Assembly (NCBI GenBank): GCA_963796835.1
Contig: CAWCND010000022.1
Coordinates: 1 to 64,000, forward strand
DNA length: 64,000 bases
Reading direction: 5' to 3'
DNA from: Candidatus Aminicenantes bacterium
GTDB taxonomy: Bacteria; Acidobacteriota; Aminicenantia; Aminicenantales; Saccharicenantaceae
Made by a program: the position numbers and the translations under genes
Shown: positions 1-12,625 of the stretch, in pieces
Position numbering within the stretch: the stretch's first letter is position 1
Layout: the number at the start of each line of letters is the position of its first letter
The notes under the pieces: generated by a model
Seen by the model: only the letters and a program-made list of their open reading frames with translations
What the model was told of the DNA's origin: nothing
The model's database searches: none

Positions 1-2291
<2,291 letters not shown>

Positions 2292-2409
2292 GGTTCGAGC
2301 TGTCCTCGGAAAATCGGGTTTCCGGCCTTTCGCCGGCCCGAAAAGGCAAAATTCATCTTAGGTTCATCCCCTTGAAAAGTCAAGGAATGCGGATATACTA
2401 AGTCCGGCC

Positions 2410-3201
2410 ATGGCGATCCTGGAAGTCAAGAATCTCTCCGCAGGATACGACGGCGGCTTCGTCATCAAGGACATCTCCCTGAGCCTCGAGCCGGGAGAGT
2501 TCGTCGCCGTCCTCGGCCGGAACGGTTCCGGGAAAAGCACTCTGATCCGGGCCGTGCTGGGCCTTCTCGGGAACGTCCGGGGCGAGGTCGTCCTGGGCGG
2601 CGACGATCTTTTTCGCCTTGGCCGACGCGAGATCGCCCGGAAGATCGCCTATGTCCCCCAGCTTGCCGAGCCCGTCTTCGAGTTCACGGCCGGGGAGGTC
2701 GTCCTCATGGGTCGCTATGCCCGCCAGTCCCGGTTCGAGACGCTTTCCGCCGGGGATGCCGAGGCCGTCGACGAGGCCATGCGCCTGACGGAGGTGGCGG
2801 GCCTGCTGGGGAAAAAAGTGGGCCACCTGAGCGGCGGCGAGCGGCAGCGGGTTTTTATCGCCCGCGCCTTGGCCCAGGACACCCCAGTCCTCTTCCTTGA
2901 CGAGCCAAGCCTCCATCTCGACATCAGCTACCAGGTCGAGATCTACGCCATCCTCAAGGGCCTTCAGAAGGACAAAGGGAAGACGATCTTGGCCGCCGAG
3001 CACAACATCAACCTCGCCGCGGCCTACGCCGAACGCCTGGTTTTCCTGAAAGGCGGGGGGATCGCGGCCCAGGGCGCGCCGGCCGAAACGATCACGGCGG
3101 CCATGGTCCGGGACATTTTCGACGCGGAGGTCGATGTCAAGCCGAACAGCCGCTCCGGCCTCCCGGAGATCTCGCTCGTGACGGGAGGAAGGGGCCGGTG
3201 A
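2410..3201 (+). CDS. ABC transporter ATP-binding protein, iron-siderophore/cobalamin (FecE/BtuD) type
   Basis: Walker A GRNGSGKST, signature LSGGERQRV and Walker B LFLDEP. The stop overlaps the next start (GTGA). Confidence 0.85.
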   Translation: MAILEVKNLSAGYDGGFVIKDISLSLEPGEFVAVLGRNGSGKSTLIRAVLGLLGNVRGEVVLGGDDLFRLGRREIARKIAYVPQLAEPVFEFTAGEVVLMGRYARQSRFETLSAGDAEAVDEAMRLTEVAGLLGKKVGHLSGGERQRVFIARALAQDTPVLFLDEPSLHLDISYQVEIYAILKGLQKDKGKTILAAEHNINLAAAYAERLVFLKGGGIAAQGAPAETITAAMVRDIFDAEVDVKPNSRSGLPEISLVTGGRGR

Positions 3202-4133
3202 GCGAGAGGTCCCGCCGCGGGTCCGCCGCCTGGACAGCGGCTGCCTGGTCGATCTTCCTCCTGGTGGTCGTTCGCTCCGCCGCCGGGCAGCCCCAGTCCA
3301 TCCGCGACGACCTCGGCCGGCCCTTCCCGTTGCCCGCGACGACACCGGCGCGGATCGTCTCGATGGCCCCGAACATCACCGAGATTCTCTTCGCCCTCGG
3401 CCTGGGCAGGAACGTCGTGGGGGTCACCAGGTTCTGCGATTATCCGCCCGAAGCCGGATCCATCGCGAAAATAGGCGGGCTCGTCGACCCCAACATCGAG
3501 CGCGTCCAGGCCCTCGCGCCGGACCTCGTCATCGCTTTCCGGGGAAACCCGCTCCGGATCGTCAACCGCCTGGCCGCCCTCAAGCTGCCTGTCTTTGTCT
3601 TGGACATCGGGACCGGTCTCGATGCCCTTTACCCGCTCATCGCCAGGATCGGGCTGGTCACCCGGAGAGAAAGGGAGGCCGATGGGCTCGCGGCCGGCCT
3701 CAGGGCCAGGCAGGAGGCCGTCGAGACGGCCTTGGGCACGGTCACGGAGAAGCCCCGCGTGTTCGTCGTCCTCCGCGGCCAGGGGCTCTGGACGTGCGGC
3801 GGCGAAAGCTACCTCAACGACCTCATCGCCAGGGCCGGGGCGGTCAATATCGCGGCCGCGATGCCCAAGAAATGGGTCCTGTACAGCCCGGAGCGGATCA
3901 TCCGGGACGATCCGGACGCCATTTTCATCCTTTCCAAGTCCGAGGAGGACTTCGCGGAGGCCCGAGAGTGGCTGAGCCGCGAGGCCCATCTCGACCACGT
4001 CAAGGCAGTCGTCGGGCGCCGGATCTATATTGTCGATGAGAATTCGGCCAGCCGCTTCGGCCCGCGCCTCGTGGACGTCCTGGACCGGATGGCCCGCGCC
4101 CTCCATCCCGAGCGGTTCGGAGGAAGGCCGTGA
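3198..4133 (+). CDS. Periplasmic substrate-binding protein of an iron-siderophore/cobalamin ABC importer (BtuF/FhuD-like)
   Basis: N-terminal hydrophobic signal. RIVSMAPNITEILFALGLGRNVVGVTRFCDYP is typical of PBP class III. GTG start overlaps the ATPase stop. Confidence 0.75.
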   Translation: MSERSRRGSAAWTAAAWSIFLLVVVRSAAGQPQSIRDDLGRPFPLPATTPARIVSMAPNITEILFALGLGRNVVGVTRFCDYPPEAGSIAKIGGLVDPNIERVQALAPDLVIAFRGNPLRIVNRLAALKLPVFVLDIGTGLDALYPLIARIGLVTRREREADGLAAGLRARQEAVETALGTVTEKPRVFVVLRGQGLWTCGGESYLNDLIARAGAVNIAAAMPKKWVLYSPERIIRDDPDAIFILSKSEEDFAEAREWLSREAHLDHVKAVVGRRIYIVDENSASRFGPRLVDVLDRMARALHPERFGGRP

Positions 4134-5122
4134 GAGCGGAAACGGCCCGCCGCCTCCTTCTGGCCCTCCTCATCCTGCTTGCCGCAGCCGGCTTTCTCCT
4201 GTCTCTCCTGACCGGTCCCGTCAAGACCTCCGCCGCCGACCTGTGGGACGTCGTCCGGGGCGGGGGGACGGGCATCCAGGCCACGATCTTCATCGACCTC
4301 CGGCTCTCGCGGGCCGTCCTGGCCTTCCTGGTCGGGGCGAGCCTGGCCCTCTCCGGGGCCATCCTCCAGGGATATTTCCAGAACCCCATGGCCGACCCCT
4401 TTGTCGTCGGCGTTTCGTCCGGGGCATCGCTCGGCGCGGTTCTGGCCCTTTCCCTGGGTGTCAGCGTCGCTGTCCCCGGCTTCTCCGGGCAGGGACTGAT
4501 GGCTTTCGTTTCGGGACTGGGGATCGTCTCGTTCGTCTACCTCCTCTCCTTGAGGAAGGGCGGCTTCAAGATCGAGACCCTTCTTCTGACCGGGATCGCG
4601 GCCGGAGCGCTGGCCTCGTCCCTGACCTCGTTCCTTCTTTTTATGCGGTCGGATTCCTTCGATCAGGCCGTTTTCTGGCTCCTCGGCAGCTTCCAGCTCG
4701 CCGATTGGAAGCAGGTCGGGACCGTCGCCCCTTACTTTTTGATCTGCCTGGCCGCTTCTCTCTGGCTAGCCAAGGACATGAACCTCCTGGCCATGGGGGA
4801 TGAGACGGCCAGGGCCCTGGGCTGTCCGGTCCGCCGGGTGAGGAAGGCCTTCCTCGTCCTGTCCTCTCTCCTGGCCGCGATCTCCGTTTCGGTCAGCGGG
4901 ATCATCGGCTTCGTCGGCCTCGTCGTGCCCCATTGGATCAGGCTCCTCATAGGCCCGGACCATCGCCGGCTCTTTCCCTACGCATCCCTGGCCGGAGGGA
5001 CGTTCCTCCTCTACTCGGACCTGATCGCCCGGACCATCCTTCCCTCGGAGCTTCCGATCGGCGTGATCACGGCGGCCGTCGGTGCTCCGTTCTTCCTCTA
5101 TCTCCTCCACCAGAAGCGTTGA
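4130..5122 (+). CDS. FecCD/BtuC-family ABC permease
   Basis: About 330 aa and polytopic. FecCD-like segments (GASLALSGAILQGYFQNPMADPFVVGVSSGASLG). 4-nt overlap with the upstream gene. Confidence 0.8.
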   Translation: MRAETARRLLLALLILLAAAGFLLSLLTGPVKTSAADLWDVVRGGGTGIQATIFIDLRLSRAVLAFLVGASLALSGAILQGYFQNPMADPFVVGVSSGASLGAVLALSLGVSVAVPGFSGQGLMAFVSGLGIVSFVYLLSLRKGGFKIETLLLTGIAAGALASSLTSFLLFMRSDSFDQAVFWLLGSFQLADWKQVGTVAPYFLICLAASLWLAKDMNLLAMGDETARALGCPVRRVRKAFLVLSSLLAAISVSVSGIIGFVGLVVPHWIRLLIGPDHRRLFPYASLAGGTFLLYSDLIARTILPSELPIGVITAAVGAPFFLYLLHQKR

Positions 5123-5408
5123 TCCAGGATCTTCAGATAAAAATGGCATAATTCTTGAGGTTTGGGGGGATAGCTGATGCGATAGAAGAAAAATGCGTAG
5201 GGGGTGTTCCCGGAGGAGGGCGTGTGGAGGGTCGAGCGGGCACGGATCCTCGACCAACGGGAGAGGAGAGCGAGGCCCGGAACCGAAGCGGGTCTGGCTC
5301 GCCGGGCCAAACCCGCGACCCGACGAAGGGAACCCCCCAAGCTCAACCTCGTTTCAGAGCGGAGGCCACCCCCGAAGTCTTTTGACGATGAATCCCGAAA
5401 GCCACTCA

Positions 5409-5437
5409 TTGACATTTCCGCGGTTTTGGCATATCTA
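5409..5437 (+). promoter_or_regulatory. Candidate sigma-70 promoter: TTGACA, 17-nt spacer, TATCTA. It sits just upstream of the ATG at 5447, so the leader would be very short or absent.
   Basis: Perfect -35 hexamer at 5409-5414 and a 17-nt spacer. The -10 is a weak match at 5432-5437. Confidence 0.35.
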
Positions 5438-5446
5438 TTAGGTAAC

Positions 5447-6133
5447 ATGCAGTTGACCCTAAACCAGGTCCTTTTCCTTGTTTTGACCATCGCGGCCGTA
5501 GTGGCGGTCGTTTTTTTAGTCCGTTTCCTGATCCAGCTTCGCCGGACCGCGCGGCAGGGCGAGAAGACGCTCGCCAAGGCCGAGGAATTGATGGAGGGGT
5601 TCAAGGAGATCGAGGCCAAGATCAACTCGAGCCTGGATGACGTGGGGCAGGTTCTCCAGACATCGAAGAAGGCTGCCGCCGGCGTTTCCGAGATCGCCGG
5701 CTTCGTGACCGCCAAGGTCATCCGGCCGAGCGCCAAGTACTGGCCTTTCCTGTTCCCATTGCTCCGCATCGGCTGGCAGCAGCTCAAAAAAAAAAGGAGA
5801 AGAGGCATGGGGGATAACAAAGACAACCATTTCTGGGATTCCCTCCTGACATTCATGGCGGGAGCGGCCGCGGGCTTCATCGTCGGCATCCTGTTCGCCC
5901 CGGCGAGCGGTAAGGAGACGCGGAAAAAGATCAAGGACCAGGCCGTCAAGACGGGCGAGGCCGCCAAGGACGGGTACGAAAAGGTCGCCAAAGAAGCGGA
6001 AAAAGGCATGAAAGTCGTCAAGGAAAAGACGACCGAGGGCCTCGAAGCCATAAAGGAATTCATCGAAAAAAAGAAGGAAGAGTACCTGAATAAGCCTGAG
6101 GGCTACCCCGGAGAGGGCGAAGAAGGCAAATAG
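5447..6133 (+). CDS. DUF948-like membrane protein and YtxH-like protein, read as one ORF through an A10 homopolymer. Probably two genes; the second would start at ATG 5807.
   Basis: N-terminal TM helix, then a coiled region (DUF948-like). MGDNKDNHFWDSLLTFMAGAAAGFIVGILFAPASGKETRKKIKD matches the YtxH family. AAGGAG lies 8 nt before the internal ATG. A10 run at 5787-5796. Confidence 0.55.
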   Translation: MQLTLNQVLFLVLTIAAVVAVVFLVRFLIQLRRTARQGEKTLAKAEELMEGFKEIEAKINSSLDDVGQVLQTSKKAAAGVSEIAGFVTAKVIRPSAKYWPFLFPLLRIGWQQLKKKRRRGMGDNKDNHFWDSLLTFMAGAAAGFIVGILFAPASGKETRKKIKDQAVKTGEAAKDGYEKVAKEAEKGMKVVKEKTTEGLEAIKEFIEKKKEEYLNKPEGYPGEGEEGK

Positions 6134-6246
6134 GCGGCGCCCGGTCCCTCCCCTCGTTTCGAACCCCTTTCGGGCCTGAATTCCTGTATTTTTCCGCCCG
6201 ATCGCGCTAGAATAATGTTCAGACCGCCTCGAAAGGTTATCCGCCG

Positions 6247-7575
6247 ATGAAAGCCAGAACGACGGCCGCTCCCCGCCGGTTCCGGACCCGGCTCCTCGCG
6301 CTCGGCCTGCTGGCCGTCCTCCCTCTGGCTCTGTCCGCATTGGACAAAAAAACGGCTCAGCGGATCGACGAAGAGATCGAGAAAAACCAGGGAGAAGTCA
6401 TCAAGATCCGCCGTTTCATCCACATGAACCCCGAGCTCGGCAACCGGGAGTTCGAAACTTCGCGGCTCGTCAGCTCCAAGCTCGATACCCTCGGCCTCGA
6501 GGTCCGGACGGGAGTGGCCAAAACCGGCGTCGTGGCCCTCCTTCGCGGCGCGCAGCCCGGCGCATCGATCGCCCTCCGGGCCGACATGGACGCCCTGCCC
6601 ATCCAGGAGATGACCGGACTCCCCTACAAGTCGCTGAACCCTGGGGTCATGCACGCCTGCGGCCACGACGTCCACACCTCCATCGCCCTCGGAACGGCCA
6701 TGGTCCTCAGCACCCTGAAAGACAAGATCAAGGGCAGCGTATTGTTCATCTTCCAGCCCGCCGAGGAGGGCCCGCCCCAGGATGAGGAAGGCGGGGCCGA
6801 CCTCATGATCCGGGAGGGGGCCCTGGACAGCCCGCCCGTGAGCGGTATCGTCGGCTTCCACGTCTGGCCCGAGAACCTCGGCCAGGTCTTCGTGGCTCCC
6901 GGTTTCATCACGGGGAGCTCCGACGGGTTCCGGATCACGGTCAATGGAAAGGCCGCCCACGGGGCCCGGCCCCACGAGGGAGTGGACGCGATCGTCATCG
7001 CCGCCGAGATCGTCGAGGCCCTCCAGACGGTCGTCAGCCGGGCTGTCGACCCCACCGATCCCGCCGTCCTGACCGTCGGCACGATCCAGGGCGGGGCCCG
7101 GGCCAACATCATCGCGGACCGGGTCACTCTCGAAGGGACGGTCCGGACCCTGAGCGAGGCCAACCGGAAGAAGATCCCGCCGCTCATGGAGGCAATCATC
7201 AAGAACGTCACGGAAATGAACGGCGCGACCTACGAGTTTGAGTACAAACCCCTGCTGCCGTCCGTCTTTAATAATCCGGAGCTGACTGCCACCATGACCC
7301 CGATCCTGGGCAAGCTCCTGGGCAAGGATAACGTACTCGAATGGAAGCCCCAGCTCATCGCCGAGGACTTTTCGTTTTTTGCCCGCAAGATCCCGGGGTT
7401 CTACTTCTTCCTGGGCGTCAAGAGCCCGGGCCAGCCAAGCGCGGCGCCGCTCCACAGCCCGAATTTCAGCCCGGACGAGCGGAGCATCACCCTGGGCATC
7501 AAGATCCTGTCTCACCTCCTGCTCGACGCCCTGGAGGAGCAGAGCTCCCTCGCGACGGGCGTCCCCAAAATTTAG
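6247..7575 (+). CDS. M20D-family amidohydrolase/carboxypeptidase (secreted)
   Basis: Signal peptide. HACGHDVHTSIALG metal-binding motif. About 440 aa, M20 amidohydrolase architecture. Confidence 0.8.
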   Translation: MKARTTAAPRRFRTRLLALGLLAVLPLALSALDKKTAQRIDEEIEKNQGEVIKIRRFIHMNPELGNREFETSRLVSSKLDTLGLEVRTGVAKTGVVALLRGAQPGASIALRADMDALPIQEMTGLPYKSLNPGVMHACGHDVHTSIALGTAMVLSTLKDKIKGSVLFIFQPAEEGPPQDEEGGADLMIREGALDSPPVSGIVGFHVWPENLGQVFVAPGFITGSSDGFRITVNGKAAHGARPHEGVDAIVIAAEIVEALQTVVSRAVDPTDPAVLTVGTIQGGARANIIADRVTLEGTVRTLSEANRKKIPPLMEAIIKNVTEMNGATYEFEYKPLLPSVFNNPELTATMTPILGKLLGKDNVLEWKPQLIAEDFSFFARKIPGFYFFLGVKSPGQPSAAPLHSPNFSPDERSITLGIKILSHLLLDALEEQSSLATGVPKI

Positions 7576-9973
7576 GCCCGACCCCTTATCCATTCCTCTT
7601 TCTGGCGGCGGCCCTGGCTTGCGGGATCGCGTCCGGTCCTTCTTTCCCCGTGCCTCCGGCCGCCGGACTCGCCGTCGTCCTGGGATTCCTGGCGACGGCC
7701 TGGACGTTCTATTGTCTCCGGAAAACCGGCCCGGCCTTCATCTTCGTCCTCCTGGCCCTGGCCGCTTCGGGGGCGGCCCTCTATTCGCTGGCGGACAGGG
7801 CTTACGAGGCCAACGCCCTTCGACGGTATGAATCCGCGGACTACCTGGACGTCTCCGGCTGGCTCCTCGGCTCGCCCGGACGGGAGCCGGAGAGGGACAT
7901 TCTTCTCATTCGCGTGGAGTCGATCCGGGATAAGGGCGAAGAGCGCGCCGTCCGGGGGAATCTTTCGCTCACGGTCCCGTTCCAGCCCGGAAGGCGGCCT
8001 CGTGTCGAGCTCCGGGCCGGGGACATGGTTTCGGCGTCCGTCCGCCTCTCTTCGGGCGGGGCGTTCAAGAACTTCGGAGGTTTCTCCTACGACCGCTACC
8101 TCAAGAGCCAGAACATCCACCGCCGCGCCTTCACCAAGTCGAGTCTCCTCGTGGCAAGAAGCGGGGGCGGGCGGGGGCATCCTTTCCTGGCCCCCGTCTC
8201 TCGGATCAGGTGCGCCCTCCAGAACAACCTCGAGGCTTCCTTCCCGGACGCCGCTGGGACGGACATCTCGAGAGAGGGGGCGATCCTCGAAGCTCTCCTC
8301 CTCGGCGAGGACGGTCGGATGGACGCCGAAACCGTCCTTTCGCTCCAGCAGACGGGCCTCTATCATTTGTTCGCGATCTCCGGCGGCCACATCGCGATCA
8401 TCACCCTCCTCTTTTTATCCTTGTTCAGGCTCGTCCGGATACCCCGGCGGCCTTCCTATCTGGCCCTTATCCTCTTCCTTGCCTTTTACACTCTTCTCGT
8501 GGAGGGCAGCCCGTCGGTGCTCAGGGCAACGGTCATGACCCTGGCCTTCCTCGTCGGGCGTCTGCTCTGGAAAGACGTCCACGTCCTGAACACCATTTCG
8601 TTCAGCGCGTTCGCCCTCCTGCTTTCGAACCCCTTCAACATCTTCGACGCCGGCTTCGAGCTGACCTACGCCGCGACCCTGGCCATCATCCTCTTCGGCC
8701 CGGCGCTCGCGAAACGCCTCCCCCGCCTTCCGCTCAAGACCGGCGAGATGACGGCCCTCTCGCTTTCGGCGTCGCTCGGCGTCCTGCCGGTCATCGCCGC
8801 CAGCTTCAACAGGGTCACCTTCGCCTCGCTCATCCTGAATTACGCGGCCATCCCCCTCGTGGGCCTCATCATGGGGATCGGCTATGCCTTCCTTCCCCTT
8901 TCGGCCGCGCTTCCCGGGGCCGCGCCGCCATTCGTATTCCTGCTCCGGTTCCTGGTCGGGGTCTTCTCACAGCTGTCCCGCCTGCTCGACGGAGTATCCG
9001 TCCTATCCTACAGGGTCCCGACGCCCCATCCCTGGACCGTGATCGGATATTATCTCTGCCTTGGCCTTCTCCTCCTCCGTCCGAGGTTCAGGGGCCAGCG
9101 CTTGCTCGGCGCCGCCTGTTTCTCGCTTTTTGCCGCGGTCATCGTGACCTATCCCTTTTCGCCATCCTCCAAGGAACTCATGGTCACGATGATCGACGTC
9201 GGCCAAGGGGATTCCATCCTGGTCGAGTTCCCGGGACGGAAAAGGATGCTCATCGACGGCGGCGGGTTCGTCGACAGTCCTTTTGACGTCGGGGACAAGG
9301 TTGTTTCCCCGGTCCTCTGGCGCAAGGGGATCAAACGGATCGACGTCCTCGTCCTGACCCACCCCCATCCGGACCATCTCAAAGGCCTCGTGTCCGTGGC
9401 CCGCAACTTCCGGGTCGGTGAGTTCTGGGAGGCCGTCCCTCCTGCGGATGACGCCGTCTACAAGGAATTCATGGGCACTCTCCCGGCCTCCGTACTCCGA
9501 CGGAGGATTGGCCGTGGATTCCGCCGCGAGCTGGGGGATGCTCTCGTCGAGGCCCTCCATCCCGGCCGGGGCGGCGGCCCCAGTCCCCGGGCGGCGGGCA
9601 ACGACAGCTCTCTTGTGCTCCGGATCTCTTACGGGCAGACGGCCTTCTTCCTCTCCGGGGACATCGAGGCCGCCGCCGAGAGCGAGATCCTCGAGGCAGG
9701 GGGGAACCTCCGGAGCACGGTTCTTAAATCCCCGCATCACGGGAGCGGTTCATCGAGCTCCCTTCCCTTCCTGCAGAGCGTGCGTCCGGACGACGTTCTC
9801 ATTTCCGTCGGCGAAGGCAACCGGTACGGTTTCCCGACCCCCAGATCCTCGAGCGATACCGGAGCCTGGCATCCACGGTCTACCGGACGGACCTCCACGG
9901 GGCCATCGAGTGCTCGACGGACGGCACGAGGATCCGTTTCCGGACCGCGTCAGGGCTCTCCATCTTGCATTGA
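7576..9973 (+). CDS. comEC: DNA internalisation competence protein ComEC/Rec2 (start uncertain). The C-terminus is displaced by a frameshift near 9838.
   Basis: Polytopic membrane region. Metallo-beta-lactamase domain with MVTMIDVGQGDSILVEFPGRKRMLIDGGG and HPHPDHLKGL. The canonical tail RYRSLASTVYRTDLHGAIE... is in another frame and ends at TGA 9971-9973. Confidence 0.8.
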
Positions 9974-9996
9974 CACGGACGACTAAATTGATAATA
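9969..9996 (+). promoter_or_regulatory. Candidate sigma-70 promoter: TTGACA, 16/17-nt spacer, TAATAA(T)
   Basis: AT-rich island right after comEC and before the ORF at 10017. Confidence 0.4.
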
Positions 9997-10016
9997 ATAA
10001 AGTTAGCAAAAAGGCC

Positions 10017-10643
10017 ATGTTGAACAAGAAAAGCCTGGTCTCCGTTGTTCTTTCCGTCCTGGTCGTGTCCTTTCTCTCGGCCCAGAGCGTGACCGACCTT
10101 TCCAAGAAGGAAAAGGCGCGCCGGGCGGGGGTCAAGGACAAGCCGGCCACCGTGATCACCAACGCCGACCTGGCGAAGCTGAAAAAGAGGCCGGCGGTCG
10201 AGGTCGCGGAGCCGGACAAGGCCAAGGCGGAGGCCGAGACCCAGGCCGCGGGCGAAACGACCGCTCCGGCCGGCCGGGAAGGGACGGCCCCGCCTAAGAC
10301 CGGACAAGCCACCCCCGAACAGAAGCCCGGGGAGCAGACGACCCCAGCCGACCAGTCGGCCATGGCCGAGAAGGACTTCAAGGCCCGGCTCGGCGAGCTC
10401 GCGACGAAAGCCCAGCAGGCCCAGGAGATGATCGACCTCCTGACCCTGAAGATGAACTCGCTCTGGCAGGACTTTTACAACCTGTCCGACGTCAAGGCCA
10501 GGGACTACACCCAGTTCCAGATCAGCGAGACGTATGACAAGCTGACCAAGGCCGAAGCCGATGCCGTCCGGGCCACCAAAGACCTGGACGATTTCCTGGC
10601 GACGGCGAAGCGAGCGGGCGTCCCGTCGATCTGGATCAAATGA
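10017..10643 (+). CDS. Secreted hypothetical protein, low-complexity and coiled-coil rich
   Basis: Signal peptide MLNKKSLVSVVLSVLVVSFLSAQS. Lys/Ala/Glu-rich. No recognisable domain. Confidence 0.5.
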   Translation: MLNKKSLVSVVLSVLVVSFLSAQSVTDLSKKEKARRAGVKDKPATVITNADLAKLKKRPAVEVAEPDKAKAEAETQAAGETTAPAGREGTAPPKTGQATPEQKPGEQTTPADQSAMAEKDFKARLGELATKAQQAQEMIDLLTLKMNSLWQDFYNLSDVKARDYTQFQISETYDKLTKAEADAVRATKDLDDFLATAKRAGVPSIWIK

Positions 10644-10655
10644 CGCGCCCCCGCC

Positions 10656-11516
10656 CTATCTGAAATAAAGCAGCGATATCCTTAGGCCGAGCTCCCTCTG
10701 ATCGTTGGAACCGGGCGTCACCTTGGCCGGGACAAGGGTTTTATCGACCCTGATCACCAGCTCAAAATCCTTTTTGTTGCCGAGCCATTCCTTCCTGAGA
10801 GTGAAATGCCGCTCGAACTCCCCGCTCCCCGGGACAAATTCGTCCAGGGGCTTGCCGTCGATGCTGATCGTGACCTTCTGCCCAGCGGCCGGGAGGGCGG
10901 CCCGGCCGCGAAGGATGAGCAGGGCGTCGTGCCCCGGGTTGTCGATGGCCGCGCGGGCCTCCTTCGCCGTCCACCTCCACCGTTGGCCCGGGTCCTGGGG
11001 GTCGGTCTCCTGGCCGTACCAGCCGCTCATATAGACGACGACCGGGGAATCCGCCGATGGGACGACCCGAACCGTTCTGCGGAGAAGGACGAGCCCGGAG
11101 TCTCCCGTCTTGTCCGATGGCGAGGCGAGCCCGACCGTGAGTCCGAGCTTCTCCGTCCCCCTGAATCCGGGGTCGAACTCATCGATGAAGGCGGGGATGT
11201 AGACCCGCCGGGTGAAGGTGTATTCCTTGTTCGGTTCCCACTTGGAGGTCGGGACCGGCGGCTCGTATTCGTCCTGGACAAGGAGCCGCCCGCGGTAAAC
11301 GAAACGGGCAACGATCTTGTCATCCTCGGTGATCGGCGCGAGCGATGAGTCCGTCCGGACACGATAGGTCACGTCCGTGAAAAGGTTGTCGGTCAGGACG
11401 CGGACGGAAAAAGCGACGGTCAGGTCCATCCCCCGGACGCCGAACTCCTCCCGGCAGGGCCATGACAGGAGAGTGGCGAGAGCGACGAGAACGGCCAGGG
11501 CCCGCAGCTTGGTCAT
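10656..11516 (-). CDS. Secreted hypothetical protein
   Basis: N-terminal signal (MTKLRALAVLVALATLLSW). 286-aa ORF convergent with 10017-10643. No recognised motif. Confidence 0.45.
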   Translation of the reverse strand: MTKLRALAVLVALATLLSWPCREEFGVRGMDLTVAFSVRVLTDNLFTDVTYRVRTDSSLAPITEDDKIVARFVYRGRLLVQDEYEPPVPTSKWEPNKEYTFTRRVYIPAFIDEFDPGFRGTEKLGLTVGLASPSDKTGDSGLVLLRRTVRVVPSADSPVVVYMSGWYGQETDPQDPGQRWRWTAKEARAAIDNPGHDALLILRGRAALPAAGQKVTISIDGKPLDEFVPGSGEFERHFTLRKEWLGNKKDFELVIRVDKTLVPAKVTPGSNDQRELGLRISLLYFR

Positions 11517-11657
11517 GAGACGATGGACGGTCCTTTAAACGAAGATCCTCATAAAGTGGTTATTATAAACATTTTCCCTGGGGGAGTAAAGCGGGCCGGG
11601 ACATTGGAGGGTTGAAAATCGCCCCGACATGCACTAAGATAAGCGCGGTCAAAGCCT

Positions 11658-12449
11658 ATGAAAACCAAGATCAAACCCGAGATCCCGCCTTCCTCCGACC
11701 TTCCGCGTGCCGGCCGACGGGCGCCGACCCAGCTCCGGCCCGTCAGGATCACCGTCGATTACCTCGATTTTGCCGACGGCTCGGCCTTCATCGAGATGGG
11801 CCGGACCCGCGTTCTGGCGACGGCCACCATCGACGACCGAGTGCCGCCATTCCTCAAGGGCACGGGGTCCGGCTGGGTCACGGCCGAGTACGCCATGCTC
11901 CCGCGGGCGACCGAGGAAAGAACCCCGCGCGAACGGCCCGGCGGCAGGATCTCGGGCCGGACCCAGGAGATCCAGAGGCTCATCGGCCGCTCGCTCCGGG
12001 CCGTGACGGATCTCCGGTCCCTGGGCGAGAAGCAGATCATCATCGACTGCGATGTCCTTCAGGCCGACGGCGGGACCCGGGCGGCCTCGATCACGGCCGG
12101 CTGCGTGGCCTTGGGCCTCGCCCTGAAGAAGATGCTCGACCGGGGCTTCATCGACCACATGCCCCTCCGTCACCTCGTCGCCGGGGTGAGCGTGGGGATC
12201 GTCGGGGGCCGGGCCCTTCTCGACCTCGATTACGAGGAGGATTCCCAGGCTCAGCTCGACATGAACGTCGTCGAGACCGACAGAGGCGAGCTCGTGGAGG
12301 TCCAGGCCGGCGCGGAAAAGAACCCCTTTTCCCGGAAGGAGCTTCTCGACCTCCTCAAGCTGGCCGACAGGGGCGTCGGGAAGCTCGTCCAGGTCCAGAA
12401 GGAAGCCCTCAAGAAGAAGAGCATCCTCTTCATGGCCTACGGGCACTAA
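11658..12449 (+). CDS. rph: Ribonuclease PH
   Basis: FLKGTGSGWVTAEYAMLPRAT, GRTQEIQRLIGRSLRAV and DCDVLQADGGTRAASITAGCVAL are highly RNase PH-like. The N-terminus may be about 10 aa shorter than the ORF. Confidence 0.9.
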   Translation: MKTKIKPEIPPSSDLPRAGRRAPTQLRPVRITVDYLDFADGSAFIEMGRTRVLATATIDDRVPPFLKGTGSGWVTAEYAMLPRATEERTPRERPGGRISGRTQEIQRLIGRSLRAVTDLRSLGEKQIIIDCDVLQADGGTRAASITAGCVALGLALKKMLDRGFIDHMPLRHLVAGVSVGIVGGRALLDLDYEEDSQAQLDMNVVETDRGELVEVQAGAEKNPFSRKELLDLLKLADRGVGKLVQVQKEALKKKSILFMAYGH

Positions 12450-12490
12450 GAGTCGGGGGGCAACCCCCTAATCGTCCCCCCCAGCAAAAC

Positions 12491-12520
12491 TTGACATTCC
12501 GTCCCTAAATTAAATAATAT
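12491..12520 (+). promoter_or_regulatory. Candidate sigma-70 promoter: TTGACA, 17/18-nt spacer, ATAATA/TAATAT. Upstream of the flotillin gene.
   Basis: Consensus -35. AT-rich -10. AAGGAGG sits 7 nt before the ATG at 12626. Confidence 0.45.
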
Positions 12521-12625
12521 CAAGCCCTAGTAACCCCGGAAAGAAAGGCCTTCAGTCATTTACGGAGGACGTTTTTTCCCTCAACCCGCCCTCCCGGACC
12601 AGGGGCTGACTCCAAGGAGGTCGTC

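Noticed and set aside
5260-5400. Possible tRNA/tmRNA-like element in the GC-rich spacer
   Set aside because: No cloverleaf or canonical T-loop (only CGGG-TTTGG-CCCG) and no acceptor-stem pairing could be drawn.
6103-7593. 496-aa minus-strand ORF
   Set aside because: Antisense to the M20D amidohydrolase gene.
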